64,000 bases of DNA from assembly GCA_965218795.1 (NCBI GenBank), contig OZ244653.1, forward strand, positions 416,001 through 480,000, written 5' to 3'. Origin of the DNA: a bacterium (GTDB lineage: Bacteria; UBA8248; JACPRG01; G963555815). Positions 1 through 10,291 of the stretch are shown here, in pieces. The stretch's first letter is position 1, and every line of letters begins with the position of its first letter. The translations under genes were made by a program, and so were the position numbers. The notes beneath the pieces are model-generated. The model did no database searches, was not told the DNA's origin, and saw only the letters and a program-made list of their open reading frames with translations.

Positions 1-383
1 CGGTCGGCGCCGACATTGTTCACATGCATCCCGGCGCTCAGCAGGAGGAAGCCTCCGCCGCGCTGGGCCGTGCGATGATGCGGGATTTTCAGGTCTTCTC
101 CGAAGCGGTCAAGGGGTTGGACGACGGCGGTGTGTATCTCAACCTCGGCTCGGCCGTCATCATGCCTGAGGTATTCCTGAAGGCGGTCAACATCGCGCGC
201 AACCTGGAGGGGAAGTCCCACAAGATCGTAACGGCGAACCTGGACATGCTTCAGCATTATCGGCCGAGGGAAAACGTCGTCCGCAGACCTACGGCTCCAG
301 GAGGGGCAGGTTACGAGATTACGGGCCATCATGAAATACTGTTCCCGCTTCTTTATGCGATGGTTCGGGACCGGCTGGGATGA
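1..383 (+). CDS. Conserved hypothetical protein (deoxyhypusine-synthase-like family), 5' truncated by the window edge
   Basis: Frame open from base 3 (VGADIVHMHP...); motifs GGVYLNLGSAVIMPEVFLKA, HYRP, GHHE; TGA stop at 381-383. Confidence 0.55.
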   Translation, partial: VGADIVHMHPGAQQEEASAALGRAMMRDFQVFSEAVKGLDDGGVYLNLGSAVIMPEVFLKAVNIARNLEGKSHKIVTANLDMLQHYRPRENVVRRPTAPGGAGYEITGHHEILFPLLYAMVRDRLG

Positions 384-424
384 GAGACGAGGCATCCGGG
401 ACATTGGCGATAAGGAGGGCGTGA

Positions 425-1192
425 ACGATTCGGGTCGCGGTTTTGGGAAGCGGAAGCGGCGGTAACGCCATTTACATGGAATCCGATGGGCAGGCATTGC
501 TCATCGATGCAGGATTCTCTCTAAGGCAAATGGAGCGGCGGTTGGATGAAATCGGAGGCGCTTTGCAGAGGGTGCGAGGAGTTTTGCTGACGCATGAGCA
601 CGCCGATCACATAAAGGGTCTGTCTCGTCTGACGAAGCGTTACCCTGTTCCAGTCTACATGTCAGAGGGAACAGCGCGCGTCATCAGGGATGGATCTGCA
701 GGTTGTCATATCTATTCCGAGTTCAAATGTTTCCCGATTTCCAGAAAGTTCCAATTGGGTTGTTGGACATTGTGTGCGTTCCACACCCCTCACGATGCGG
801 AAGAGTCTGTTGGCTTTCTTGTCGAATCTGAAGGAATAAGGATTGGGATTGCAACGGACATGGGAGCCATCAATGAACAAGTTGTATCCTCTCTGTCAGG
901 ACTCCATGCTCTCATCTTGGAGTCAAATCATGACCCGCAGTTGTTGGCTGTCAGTGCATATCCGGAATACTTGAAAGATCGAATTTCCGGTCCCCTGGGG
1001 CATCTTGCCAATGACCAGGCTGCCCGGATTTTGGAACGAGTTTCTCACCGTGGTCTCCGAGCGGTGACACTGGTACATCTCAGCGAGACCAATAACACTC
1101 CCGAGCTTGCTGCGAAGTCCGCGCGTTCCGTGCTCGCTCCATGGGGAACAAAAATCGAGATTGCTGCACAACACGACCCCAAGGTGCTCTGA
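425..1192 (+). CDS. MBL-fold metallo-hydrolase (YycJ/WalJ/PhnP-like)
   Basis: LGSGSGGN, THEHADH, HDA, ESNHD, GHL and HLSETNN motifs. Coding similarity (IRVAVLGSGS) starts upstream of the tracked TTG at 443. AGGAGG at 413-418 points to ACG 425 or ATT 428 as start. Confidence 0.85.
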   Translation, partial: TIRVAVLGSGSGGNAIYMESDGQALLIDAGFSLRQMERRLDEIGGALQRVRGVLLTHEHADHIKGLSRLTKRYPVPVYMSEGTARVIRDGSAGCHIYSEFKCFPISRKFQLGCWTLCAFHTPHDAEESVGFLVESEGIRIGIATDMGAINEQVVSSLSGLHALILESNHDPQLLAVSAYPEYLKDRISGPLGHLANDQAARILERVSHRGLRAVTLVHLSETNNTPELAAKSARSVLAPWGTKIEIAAQHDPKVL

Positions 1193-1413
1193 TTGATCAG
1201 AAAATGAGGGTACTGAATCAATGAAACCGGTCGAAGGATCGCGATAGCAGAGCTACCCGACTTTCACTCGGTTGTGACTCCAAGAAGGCGCTGGAAACGA
1301 TTTTGACAGACCTGGATCGCCCGAATGTGGGATTGCGAGAGCAACAATGAATCTCCACCGAAGTGAGTCCTCATACATCCAACAGATTGAAAACAGCGGG
1401 TTTCGAGCTTGAG

Positions 1414-1440
1414 CGGATTCCTCGCTTCGTTCGGAATGAC
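1414..1440. repeat. REP-like palindrome (GATTCCTCGCTTCGTTCGGAATGAC type)
   Basis: Imperfect hairpin ATTCC...GGAAT followed by GAC in an intergenic gap; resembles widespread REP-like elements. Confidence 0.45.
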
Positions 1441-1516
1441 ACCGGGCAAGGTCCGGCCCAGTGGGTAAAACGTATCGTCGTCGGAGTTTCTCCCAATGAG
1501 CATCATTTGTATGGAG

Positions 1517-1538
1517 GGGCGGAGCTCTGTATCCGCCC
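1517..1538. repeat. REP-like hairpin GGGCGGA-N8-TCCGCCC
   Basis: Perfect 7-bp inverted repeat upstream of purB; similar to GTAG-class REPs. Confidence 0.45.
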
Positions 1539-1575
1539 GAATTGAACTTCTTCCAGATGGAAGGCGTCGAATTCG

Positions 1576-2886
1576 ATGATTCCCCGTTATTCCCGCCCTG
1601 AAATGGCCGCCATCTGGTCGGAGGAGACGAAGCTGGCCCATTGGCTGGAGATCGAATGCCTCGTCTGCGAGGCCATGGAGGAGTTGGGTCTCGTTCCCTC
1701 CGGCACGGGTGAATCCATCAGAAAGACCGTAGACGTTGACCCCACCCGCGTTGCCGAGATCGAGCGAAGCACGCGGCATGACGTGATCGCCTTTCTGACC
1801 CACATAGAAGAGCAGGCCGGAGAGCCAGCCCGACATCTCCATCTGGGGATGACCTCGAGCGACGTTCTCGACACGGCCCTGGCCCTTCAGATGGTTCAGG
1901 CGGCGCGGACTCTCCTGCAGGATATGGCTTCTCTCAAGGATGTCCTTCATCGGCGCGCATGGGAGTTCAAGGATCAGCTGATGATTGGCCGGACTCACGG
2001 GATGCATGCTGAGCCCACGACGTTCGGCCTGAAGCTGGCCCTGTGGTACGGCGAGTTCGCCCGGGCGGAAGAGCGGTTGACCCGGGCCATGGAGGGCGTC
2101 CGTTACGGGATGGTCTCAGGCGCAGTCGGGACGTATGCCCACCTTTCGCCGAAGGTGGAAGAATTCGTTTGTGAGCGGCTCGGATTGCGGCCGGTTCCTG
2201 CGTCCTCGCAAATCATCCATCGGGACCGCCACGCCGAGTATCTCTCGACGTTGGCGCTCACGGCGGCTTCAATTGCCAACGTAGCCATGGAGATCCGGAA
2301 CCTGTCGCGTTCGGAGGTGGGAGAAGTTGCGGAGGGGTTCGGTGAGTCCCAGAAGGGCTCTTCCGCCATGCCCCACAAGCGAAATCCCGTGACGTCGGAG
2401 CAATTGGTGGGCTTGGCAAGACTGGTCGGATCGAATGCCTCGGCGGCGCTCCAGAACATACCGCTCTGGCATGAAAGGGATATCAGTCATTCCTCGGTCG
2501 AGCGGGTGGTCCTGCCGGATTCAACGATTCTGGTCGATTACATGCTGGCAAAACTGACGGACTTGTTGGATCGTCTCGAGGTCTATCCGGAGGGCATGAA
2601 GAGAAATCTGGAGAGTACCCGGGATTTGTTTCACTCCGAACAGGTTTTGCTGGCCCTCATTCGCTCGGGAATCGGCCGGCAGGCGGCGTACGAAATGGTC
2701 CAGCGGTGCGCATTCCGGGCTCTGGAAGGAGGTGATTTCCGGGAGGCGCTCGCCTCCGATCCCGATGTGGCGGCGCGCCTGGATATGGAAACTTTGGATT
2801 GCTCTTTCAGCGTGGAACACCACCTGGCTCATGTCGACCACATATTCGAGAGGGTCTTCAGGCATCAGGAATCGAATGAGAGGTAA
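1576..2886 (+). CDS. purB: Adenylosuccinate lyase
   Basis: MIPRYSRPEM start, GRTHG, fumarase-superfamily signature GSSAMPHKRNP, WHERDISHSS. Confidence 0.97.
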   Translation: MIPRYSRPEMAAIWSEETKLAHWLEIECLVCEAMEELGLVPSGTGESIRKTVDVDPTRVAEIERSTRHDVIAFLTHIEEQAGEPARHLHLGMTSSDVLDTALALQMVQAARTLLQDMASLKDVLHRRAWEFKDQLMIGRTHGMHAEPTTFGLKLALWYGEFARAEERLTRAMEGVRYGMVSGAVGTYAHLSPKVEEFVCERLGLRPVPASSQIIHRDRHAEYLSTLALTAASIANVAMEIRNLSRSEVGEVAEGFGESQKGSSAMPHKRNPVTSEQLVGLARLVGSNASAALQNIPLWHERDISHSSVERVVLPDSTILVDYMLAKLTDLLDRLEVYPEGMKRNLESTRDLFHSEQVLLALIRSGIGRQAAYEMVQRCAFRALEGGDFREALASDPDVAARLDMETLDCSFSVEHHLAHVDHIFERVFRHQESNER

Positions 2887-2894
2887 GGGAAACG

Positions 2895-3632
2895 GTGGAA
2901 AGACGAGAGAAGCTCTATGAGGGCAAGGCCAAGATTTTATACGCCACGGAGGATCCAACGCGCGTCATCCAGTATTTCAAGGATGACGCAACGGCGTTCA
3001 ATGCTGAGAAAAAAGGGACCATTATTGACAAAGGAGTCATGAACAATACGATCTCAACGCTTGCGTTTCAATATTTGGAATCGTGCGGCGTGGCCACCCA
3101 CTTTGTCGAAAATCTCAGTGATCGCGAAATGCTCGTCCAGCGCCTGAATATCGTTCCGCTGGAAATGGTCGCCCGCAACATTGTGGCCGGCAGTTTGGCC
3201 AAGCGAATGGGGTTGGAAGAAGGCGGCGAGTTGCCCAGCCCCGTCATCGAGTGGTACTACAAACGGGACGATCTGGGGGATCCTCTCCTGAACGAAGATC
3301 ATGTCGTGATTTTCGGACTGTCCGATGTCTCCACGCTCCACACCCTCCGGGAGACGACCCTCCGCGTGAATGGGCTTCTGAAGGAGTTCTTTCTCGCGCA
3401 GGAAATTCTCTTGGTCGATTTCAAGGTTGAGTATGGCAGAAATCGCGAAGGCGAAATCCTGCTGGCCGACGAGATCACGCCCGACGGCTGCCGATTCTGG
3501 GACCGAAAAACCCGTGAGAAGATGGACAAGGACCGCTTCCGCCGCGATCTCGGCGGTGTGGAAGAAGCCTACCGTGAGGTCATGACGCGTATCCAGGGCG
3601 CGTCTTCGGCCGGGGCGGGAGGCGAAGCGTGA
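2895..3632 (+). CDS. purC: SAICAR synthetase
   Basis: LYEGKAK, FKDDATAFN, LVDFKVEYG, LADEITPDGCRFWD, DKDRFRRDLG. Confidence 0.97.
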   Translation: MERREKLYEGKAKILYATEDPTRVIQYFKDDATAFNAEKKGTIIDKGVMNNTISTLAFQYLESCGVATHFVENLSDREMLVQRLNIVPLEMVARNIVAGSLAKRMGLEEGGELPSPVIEWYYKRDDLGDPLLNEDHVVIFGLSDVSTLHTLRETTLRVNGLLKEFFLAQEILLVDFKVEYGRNREGEILLADEITPDGCRFWDRKTREKMDKDRFRRDLGGVEEAYREVMTRIQGASSAGAGGEA

Positions 3633-3877
3633 TGACGAAGGCTCAGGTCTACGTGACCTATAAGGATGGGGTTCTGGAACCCCAGGGATTGGCGGTTCAG
3701 GGGGTTCTCTCCTCCCTCGGGTTCCACGAGGTCAAAAAGGTTCGGGTCGGAAAGTTCATTGAGGTCGAATTGGATTCCGCGGAAGACGTTGATCTTTTCC
3801 AGCGCCTCCAGGACATGTCCAGAAGGGTTTTTGCGAACCCGGTGATTGAGGATTTTCGAGTCGAGCTGTCCGAATAG
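3629..3877 (+). CDS. purS: FGAM synthase subunit PurS
   Basis: [22 protein letters not shown]; located between purC and purQ. Confidence 0.95.
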   Translation: MMTKAQVYVTYKDGVLEPQGLAVQGVLSSLGFHEVKKVRVGKFIEVELDSAEDVDLFQRLQDMSRRVFANPVIEDFRVELSE

Positions 3878-3915
3878 GCTTTCGCCACGCACCACGAAGA
3901 GGTCAGGCCCGTTCA

Positions 3916-4611
3916 GTGAGAATTGGTGTCGTCACGTTTCCCGGTTCCAACTGCGATCACGACTGTTATCACGCCCTCAAGCATGTCCTGAATCAGGAAG
4001 CGCGATTCGTTTGGCATAAAGAGACGGACATCGAAGACCTGGATTGCGTCATCCTGCCGGGCGGATTCTCTTATGGTGACTACCTGCGCACGGGCGCGCT
4101 CGCCCGTTTCTCGCCCGTCATAGGCAGTGTGACCCGATTCGCCGCCGAAGGCGGAAGGATCCTAGGGATTTGCAACGGCTTTCAGATCCTTCTGGAGGCG
4201 GGTCTTCTTCCCGGAGCGATGGTCCGCAACCGGTCCCTTCGGTTTATCTGCGAGGATGTTCACATTCGAGTGGAAACGGAGGACACGCCCGTGAGCCGAG
4301 GGCTGGAAGGGCGAACGCTCAAGCTCCCCATCGCCCATACGGAAGGCAATTACTTCGCTCCTCCTGCTTTGCTCGAACGACTCGAGGCGGAGGGCCGAGT
4401 CGTATTCCGGTATTGTGACGCAAGAGGCAACGTGAGTCCCGAGGCGAATCCGAACGGCTCCACCGGCAATATTGCGGGCATTTGCAATGAAAACCGAAAC
4501 GTCGTGGGCATGATGCCCCATCCCGAGCGGGCCTGCGAGCCCGTTCTCGGAAGTGAGGACGGACGGGCGATTCTGGAATCCCTGGTCCACGAGTTCACGG
4601 CGAAGACATGA
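3916..4611 (+). CDS. purQ: FGAM synthase glutaminase subunit
   Basis: [32 protein letters not shown]. Confidence 0.97.
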   Translation: MRIGVVTFPGSNCDHDCYHALKHVLNQEARFVWHKETDIEDLDCVILPGGFSYGDYLRTGALARFSPVIGSVTRFAAEGGRILGICNGFQILLEAGLLPGAMVRNRSLRFICEDVHIRVETEDTPVSRGLEGRTLKLPIAHTEGNYFAPPALLERLEAEGRVVFRYCDARGNVSPEANPNGSTGNIAGICNENRNVVGMMPHPERACEPVLGSEDGRAILESLVHEFTAKT

Positions 4612-6917
4612 GCGGGGAATCCGTCTCCTCGGGCGAGTCCGCGCCATCGGGATTTTCAGGCGAACCGGACGTCACGCCTGAACTCGCAGCCCGCCACGGC
4701 CTGAGTCCGGAAGAATTCGAGCACGCCCGGAGGGTCATCGGGCGACTTCCCACGTTCACCGAATTGGGTATCCTCTCCGCGTTGTGGAGCGAGCACTGCT
4801 CCTACAAATCCTCGAAGCCCCATCTGAAAAAGTTTCCCACCCAAAGTCCGCGGGTCTTGCAAGGTCCAGGAGAAAACGCCGGTATCGTCGAAATCGGCGA
4901 AGGCCTCGCCGCGGTATTCAAGATGGAAAGCCACAATCATCCGTCCTTCATTGAGCCCTGCCAGGGAGCCGCGACGGGCGTGGGTGGAATTTTGCGCGAC
5001 GTTTTCACGATGGGGGCGCGTCCGGTGGCGCTGTTGAACTCGCTCCGCTTCGGGGAGCTTTCCGAGGCGAGGAACCGTTACCTGCTGAAGGAGGTCGTGG
5101 CGGGTATTGCGGGTTACGGCAACAGTATCGGGGTGCCCACGGTGGGAGGGGAGATCGGCATCGATTCTTGCTACAACGGAAATTGCCTGGTGAATGCCTT
5201 CTGTCTGGGGGTCGCCAGGACGGATCGGATCTTTCGAGGGGTGGCGGGTGGCTCGGGGAATCCCGTCGTATACGTGGGCGCCCGCACGGGCCGGGATGGA
5301 ATCCACGGGGCCGCCATGGCATCCGAGTCCTTTGAGGAAGAATCCTCCGAGAAGCGGTCCGCTGTCCAGGTGGGCGACCCCTTCATGGAAAAGCTCCTGC
5401 TGGAGGCCTGTCTCGAGTTGATGGAAACGGACTCTATCGTGGCCATTCAGGACATGGGCGCGGCCGGTCTGACGAGCTCGTCGGCCGAGATGGCCTCACG
5501 CGGGAAGGTCGGCATCAAAATCGAGACGGCCCGCGTCCCCAGGCGTGAGGACCGGATGAACCCTTACGAGGTGATGTTGTCCGAATCCCAGGAGAGAATG
5601 CTGCTGATTCTCCGTCCCGAAGGGCTTTCAAAGGCCTCCGAAATTTTTGAGAAATGGGATCTGGAGTTTGCCGCGGTGGGGGAGGTGACAGAGAAGAATC
5701 GTCTGCAGGTGGTCGACAACGGCCTGTGCGTGGCCGACCTGCCGATTTCCTTGCTTGTGGATGAGGTTCCCCAGCCTGTCAGGTCGGTTACGCCGCCGAA
5801 GGCCTCGCGCTTCGCGCCCATCGGGTCGGACGGCAGGTCAACGCTCGGTCCGAACTTGAATCTTGATGAAGCATGGGCCGGCGTGCTGGCGCATCCGGAC
5901 ATCGCCTCGAAGCATCTGGTTTTTCGCCAGTATGACCATATGGTCCGGACCGATACCGTCCTGCGGCCGGGCGGGGACGCGGCCGTGATTCGCGTCAAAG
6001 GAACGGACAAGAGCTTGGCTTTGACCGTGGACGGCAATTCTCGATATTGCGCGCTGGACCCGAGGATGGGCGGCCGAATCGCGGTGATGGAGGCCGCGCG
6101 AAACCTCTCATGCGTCGGCGCGGAACCCATCGGACTGACGGACTGTCTGAACTTTGGCAACCCGGAGCGTCCGGAGGTGATGTGGCAGTTCGCCGAAGTC
6201 ATCGAGGGGATGAGTGAGGCATGCCGAAAGATTGGGGTTCCGGTGGTCAGCGGAAATGTCAGTTTTTACAACGAAACCGAAGGAGAGAACATCCATCCAA
6301 CTCCGACGGTTGGGATGGTGGGACTCGTGGAAAATGGTTCCAATATCTGCCCGACCGCCTTCCAGAGGGAAGGGGATTGGGTGGTGCTCCTGGGTGAGCC
6401 GGGTCGGTACGAAGGGGAATCCGCTCTCGGCGGAAGCGCTTATCTCTGGTACGCTCTGGGAAGGAAGCTGGGACCTTGCCCGGAGGTGAATCTCGACGCG
6501 GAGGCGGCCCTCCAGACTCTCTGCCGCCGTGCCGTGGCGGAAAGGTTGCTGTCGTCCTGCCACGACATTTCCGATGGCGGGTTAGCGGTGGCACTGGCCG
6601 AATCAGGATCGTTGGCGAACCCTCCGCTGGGGGCCCAAGTAGAGATCCCCTGGTCCGGAAACCCTGAGGCCATTCTCTTTGGTGAAGCCCAGGGGCGGGT
6701 GGTGGCCTCCATCCCGCGGGGGAACCTGTCCCTGTTGGTTGAGTTGGCCCGGGAAGTGGACGTTCCCGTACATCATCTGGGTCACGTTCAAAAGGAAAAC
6801 TTCACGGTTCGGTTCTCTTCGAGCCTCGGTAGGAAGGAGAATTTCTTGAACCCTTCGGTGGAAAATCTCCAGAGGGCTTGGCAGGAAGGGTTGGAAGCGG
6901 CTCTGAACCCTGATTGA
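4608..6917 (+). CDS. purL: FGAM synthase large subunit
   Basis: [43 protein letters not shown]; ATGA overlap with purQ. Confidence 0.97.
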   Translation: MSGESVSSGESAPSGFSGEPDVTPELAARHGLSPEEFEHARRVIGRLPTFTELGILSALWSEHCSYKSSKPHLKKFPTQSPRVLQGPGENAGIVEIGEGLAAVFKMESHNHPSFIEPCQGAATGVGGILRDVFTMGARPVALLNSLRFGELSEARNRYLLKEVVAGIAGYGNSIGVPTVGGEIGIDSCYNGNCLVNAFCLGVARTDRIFRGVAGGSGNPVVYVGARTGRDGIHGAAMASESFEEESSEKRSAVQVGDPFMEKLLLEACLELMETDSIVAIQDMGAAGLTSSSAEMASRGKVGIKIETARVPRREDRMNPYEVMLSESQERMLLILRPEGLSKASEIFEKWDLEFAAVGEVTEKNRLQVVDNGLCVADLPISLLVDEVPQPVRSVTPPKASRFAPIGSDGRSTLGPNLNLDEAWAGVLAHPDIASKHLVFRQYDHMVRTDTVLRPGGDAAVIRVKGTDKSLALTVDGNSRYCALDPRMGGRIAVMEAARNLSCVGAEPIGLTDCLNFGNPERPEVMWQFAEVIEGMSEACRKIGVPVVSGNVSFYNETEGENIHPTPTVGMVGLVENGSNICPTAFQREGDWVVLLGEPGRYEGESALGGSAYLWYALGRKLGPCPEVNLDAEAALQTLCRRAVAERLLSSCHDISDGGLAVALAESGSLANPPLGAQVEIPWSGNPEAILFGEAQGRVVASIPRGNLSLLVELAREVDVPVHHLGHVQKENFTVRFSSSLGRKENFLNPSVENLQRAWQEGLEAALNPD

Positions 6918-6918
6918 C

Positions 6919-6960
6919 TCCCGGCTTCCCCTGGCGGGAGGGGAACGGGATTCGCTTTTT
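6919..6960 (+). terminator. Probable Rho-independent terminator of the pur operon
   Basis: TTCCCCT/AGGGGAA stem with TCCCG/CGGGA extension, then TTCGCTTTTT, directly after the purL stop. Confidence 0.55.
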
Positions 6961-7085
6961 CAAGAAGGTGTAGGGTGACCCTGTCGAATGAGCCCGCGGG
7001 GGCTGAAAATAAGTAATTGTTATCAATTGATTTAATTGGGGTTATCTCATTTTCGTGGGTGTCTCAGAATGGCAGCTGAGTCTTC

Positions 7086-7116
7086 TTGACTTGTCGGGGC
7101 CAGTAGCACCTATAAT
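7086..7116 (+). promoter_or_regulatory. Sigma70-type promoter for cupin-purF
   Basis: TTGACT (7086-7091) and TATAAT (7111-7116); the 19-nt spacer is long. Confidence 0.45.
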
Positions 7117-7191
7117 GGTCTCTCAAGGCGGGCAGTCCTTTGGTAAGCTGACCGTTCGGCTATCAAATGTTTGGCCTGCGGAATTGAATTC

Positions 7192-7518
7192 ATGAGTGTC
7201 GATTCCTATTACTCCGTTGGTACTGTCCAGGATTGGCTGGATTGAGACGCCGAACCGGACGAAATCATGGAGGCCATGTCCGACCGGGACTTCAAGGTAT
7301 CCGGCGCCGCGCAGCCCGCCGGCGTGCTGGTTCCGTATCATACGCATGAAAAGGAAGAATGGATTATCGTTTTGGAAGGCTGCTTGAAGCTTATCATCGA
7401 GGAAGAGCCCGTGATGTTGGAGGTGGGGGAAGTCATCACCATCTCGGCGGGAGCGGTTCATGGTGCTGTCGCCATCGGCGATGAGCCCGCAAAGGTTCTC
7501 ATTGCGTTCCCTAGTTAA
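7192..7518 (+). CDS. Small cupin-domain protein; in-frame TGA at 7243-7245 if it starts at 7192 (otherwise starts at 7267)
   Basis: Cupin motifs PYHTHEKEE...VLEG and G-x5-I-x-A-G-x-VH; ATG 7192 is in frame with ATG 7267. Confidence 0.7.
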
Positions 7519-7559
7519 GGAGCGTCTCTACTCGTTGTTCTCCTGACCTGCTGTTTCGA

Positions 7560-9020
7560 ATGGCCGATCATTTCTGTGACGAATGCGGGGTTTTTGGGAT
7601 TCTGGGTGACCCGGAAGCCGCGCGAATTACCTATCTGGGTCTTTATTCCCTCCAGCACCGGGGTCAGGAGAGCACCGGAATTGTTGCGTCGGACGGCGGC
7701 GAGTTGCGCCTCGAAGTCGGCATGGGTTTGGTGGCCGACGTTTTTACAGAGGAACGCCTGAGCCGATTGCCGGGTGATCTGGCAGTCGGCCACAATCGGT
7801 ATTCCACGACGGGTTCAAGCGCCCTCGTGAACGCACAGCCACTTGTTGTGACCTACTCCAGGGGCGCATTAGCCGTTGCGCATAACGGTAACCTGGTCAA
7901 TGCCTCGGAGTTGCGGATCGAGCTGGAAGAAGAAGGCGCCATCTTTCGTTCGACCATGGACACCGAAGTAATCGTCCACTTGGTGGCCCGGTCTCGGCAA
8001 GAACGGCTGGAGGATCGCGTTATCGATGCGCTCTCCTCCGTGCGGGGAGCCTACTCCCTTCTCCTCATGACGGAACGTAAGCTTATCGGGGTTCGTGACC
8101 CGCACGGGCTTCGGCCCTTGTGGCTCGGACGCCGGAGCTCGTCGTTCGTCCTGGCCTCCGAGAGTTGTGCGCTGGATCTGGTGGAAGGGGAAGTCATCCG
8201 TGAGTTGGAGCCGGGTGAGATGGTCGTCATCGATGAGACCGGGTTACAGTCCCATTGGCCGTTTCAGCCGGTCGCGCCTACGCCGTGTGTGTTCGAGCTG
8301 GTTTACTTCGCGCGGCCGGACAGCCGGGTGTTCGGCCGGAACGTGTACCAGGTTCGAAAGGCCATGGGCGAACGATTGGCTGAGGAGCACCCGGCCGAGG
8401 CGGACCTCGTGATTCCCGTCCCGGACTCGGGCGTTCCCGCGGCCATGGGGTACGCGCACCGGGCGGGCCTGCCTTTCGAGCTTGGGTTGATTCGTAACCA
8501 CTACGTGGGCCGGACGTTCATTGAGCCGGCGCAGTCCATCCGCCACTTCGGAGTGAAGGTCAAGCTCAACCCGGTCAGCTATCTCTTGGAAGGCCGCCGG
8601 GTGGTGGTCGTGGATGATTCCATTGTCCGGGCCACGACGGCGAAAAAAATCGTACAGATGCTGCGCCAGGCCGGGGCGAAGGAGGTTCACGTCAGGGTGA
8701 GCTCACCGCCCATCACCCATTCGTGCTTTTATGGCATCGACACCCCGAGGCCTGAGGAGCTCATTGCGTCCTCCCATCCGGTGGACGGGATATGCCGTTT
8801 TCTGACGGCTGACTCGCTGGGCTACTTGAGTCTTGAGGGAATGCTGGAAACCGCGGGCGGGCAAATCTCGCCGGAATCAGGAGCCGGCGGCAAGAATCCC
8901 GATTCCGGATTCTGTTCGGCATGCTTTACGGGCGATTATCCTATCCCCATTCCAGACCGGCCGAAGAATCGGATCCGGCGGGGACTCGAGGCGACCGTCC
9001 ACGAAATTTCTCAAAGATAG
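7560..9020 (+). CDS. purF: Amidophosphoribosyltransferase
   Basis: ECGVFG after the propeptide, [32 protein letters not shown] motif, CSACFTG Fe-S cysteines. Confidence 0.97.
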   Translation: MADHFCDECGVFGILGDPEAARITYLGLYSLQHRGQESTGIVASDGGELRLEVGMGLVADVFTEERLSRLPGDLAVGHNRYSTTGSSALVNAQPLVVTYSRGALAVAHNGNLVNASELRIELEEEGAIFRSTMDTEVIVHLVARSRQERLEDRVIDALSSVRGAYSLLLMTERKLIGVRDPHGLRPLWLGRRSSSFVLASESCALDLVEGEVIRELEPGEMVVIDETGLQSHWPFQPVAPTPCVFELVYFARPDSRVFGRNVYQVRKAMGERLAEEHPAEADLVIPVPDSGVPAAMGYAHRAGLPFELGLIRNHYVGRTFIEPAQSIRHFGVKVKLNPVSYLLEGRRVVVVDDSIVRATTAKKIVQMLRQAGAKEVHVRVSSPPITHSCFYGIDTPRPEELIASSHPVDGICRFLTADSLGYLSLEGMLETAGGQISPESGAGGKNPDSGFCSACFTGDYPIPIPDRPKNRIRRGLEATVHEISQR

Positions 9021-9031
9021 AGGGAGTACCC

Positions 9032-9388
9032 TTGCGAGATTTTAGGGTTCAGCGTTTTGCTCATCTGACCTGGGTAGTCGTTTTTTCCATGGCCGTGATG
9101 GGGTCGTTGTTCGGCTTGGCCTCCTGCACGAGGGAGCCCCTCAAGCGAGCGCTGCGCGGCGACTTTCTCGCTTCCGAGAACAACCGAATCATCAGTAACT
9201 ACTGTCGAAGCTGTCACGTTCACAAGGATTTCGCCGCCGCGAACCACATGGGAAACGTGAAGGCCAAATATAAGGTTCGGCAATACAGGGACGCTGAGGA
9301 ATGCCGGGATTGTCACGGGGTCAATTTCAAGTTTTTCCGCCCCCCGCACCGCCGCACGCGCCATCCACCGGACGGCCGGGTGCTCTGA
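9032..9388 (+). CDS. Small dihaem c-type cytochrome, probable lipoprotein
   Basis: Two CxxCH motifs (CRSCH, CRDCH); hydrophobic leader ending in lipobox LASC; GGAG before TTG 9032. Confidence 0.7.
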   Translation: MRDFRVQRFAHLTWVVVFSMAVMGSLFGLASCTREPLKRALRGDFLASENNRIISNYCRSCHVHKDFAAANHMGNVKAKYKVRQYRDAEECRDCHGVNFKFFRPPHRRTRHPPDGRVL

Positions 9389-9526
9389 GACCCCGACGGC
9401 CGGGCCTTCTCCTCTACCATTTTCACGATTCAGGTTCCATATAACTTTTATTGAAGGTGAGCCATTCATCGGCCGTTCAGTGCGCCTTTTCGCATTTCCC
9501 CGAAAAGGAATGGATGATTCGAAATC

Positions 9527-10276
9527 ATGGAGTCGACGCTGGGCCATGAGGCCGTTCTGGTCGTCCTGTTGTTCTCGACGCTGGCCGCGTGCCTCTCGGG
9601 TCTGGGGACCGCGCCTTTTTGTTGTTCGAGTGAGGTGCCGTTGACCTGGATCGGGTGGGCCTATGCCTTGGCGTCCGGATTGATGCTCGGGGCCGGTTAC
9701 ATCCTGATGGCCGCCGCGCTGGGCACCTCCACTCTCCCGGTGGTGTTCGGCGGGGTTCTGGGGGTGGTTTATACGTATTGGACCCACGCGTATTCCGGGA
9801 CCAAAGAGTTGGATACGGGCCCGGGAGAGAATCCAAGTGCGGATTACGCCATCAAATTTATTCTTCTGAATTCGCTCCATTCCGCATCCGAGGGAGTGGC
9901 CATCGGCGTCGCAATGGTGCTCAATTTGAGCTTGGGGATCTTTATGGCGCTTGCCCTCGCCGTGCACAATATTGCCGAGGCGATGGTGCTCACGGATGTC
10001 CTTCGGCGGGGCAGGATGTCGTACGGCGAAATGGCAGGTATGGCCATTGTGACCAACGTTCCCCAGATCTTGCTGGCCATCGTCGCTTTCGCGGTGATCC
10101 CCGCCATACCGGGATCCCTGCCTTGGGCGGTCGGTTTCGCGGCCGGGGCGCTGGTCTATCTGGTGATGACGGAGTTGCTGCCCGCCTCTTACGAGCGGGC
10201 CGGGCATACCAGCATCGCCTTTGTGGTGAGCTTCTCGACGGGCGGGGTGGTCCTTTTAAAGGGATTGTTTGTGTAA
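9527..10276 (+). CDS. ZIP (ZupT/GufA-like) metal transporter
   Basis: Multi-TM protein with ASGLMLG, HSASEG, HNIAEA, GFAAGA and ELLP motifs. Confidence 0.8.
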   Translation: MESTLGHEAVLVVLLFSTLAACLSGLGTAPFCCSSEVPLTWIGWAYALASGLMLGAGYILMAAALGTSTLPVVFGGVLGVVYTYWTHAYSGTKELDTGPGENPSADYAIKFILLNSLHSASEGVAIGVAMVLNLSLGIFMALALAVHNIAEAMVLTDVLRRGRMSYGEMAGMAIVTNVPQILLAIVAFAVIPAIPGSLPWAVGFAAGALVYLVMTELLPASYERAGHTSIAFVVSFSTGGVVLLKGLFV

Positions 10277-10291
10277 GGGAGAAGCCGTCCG

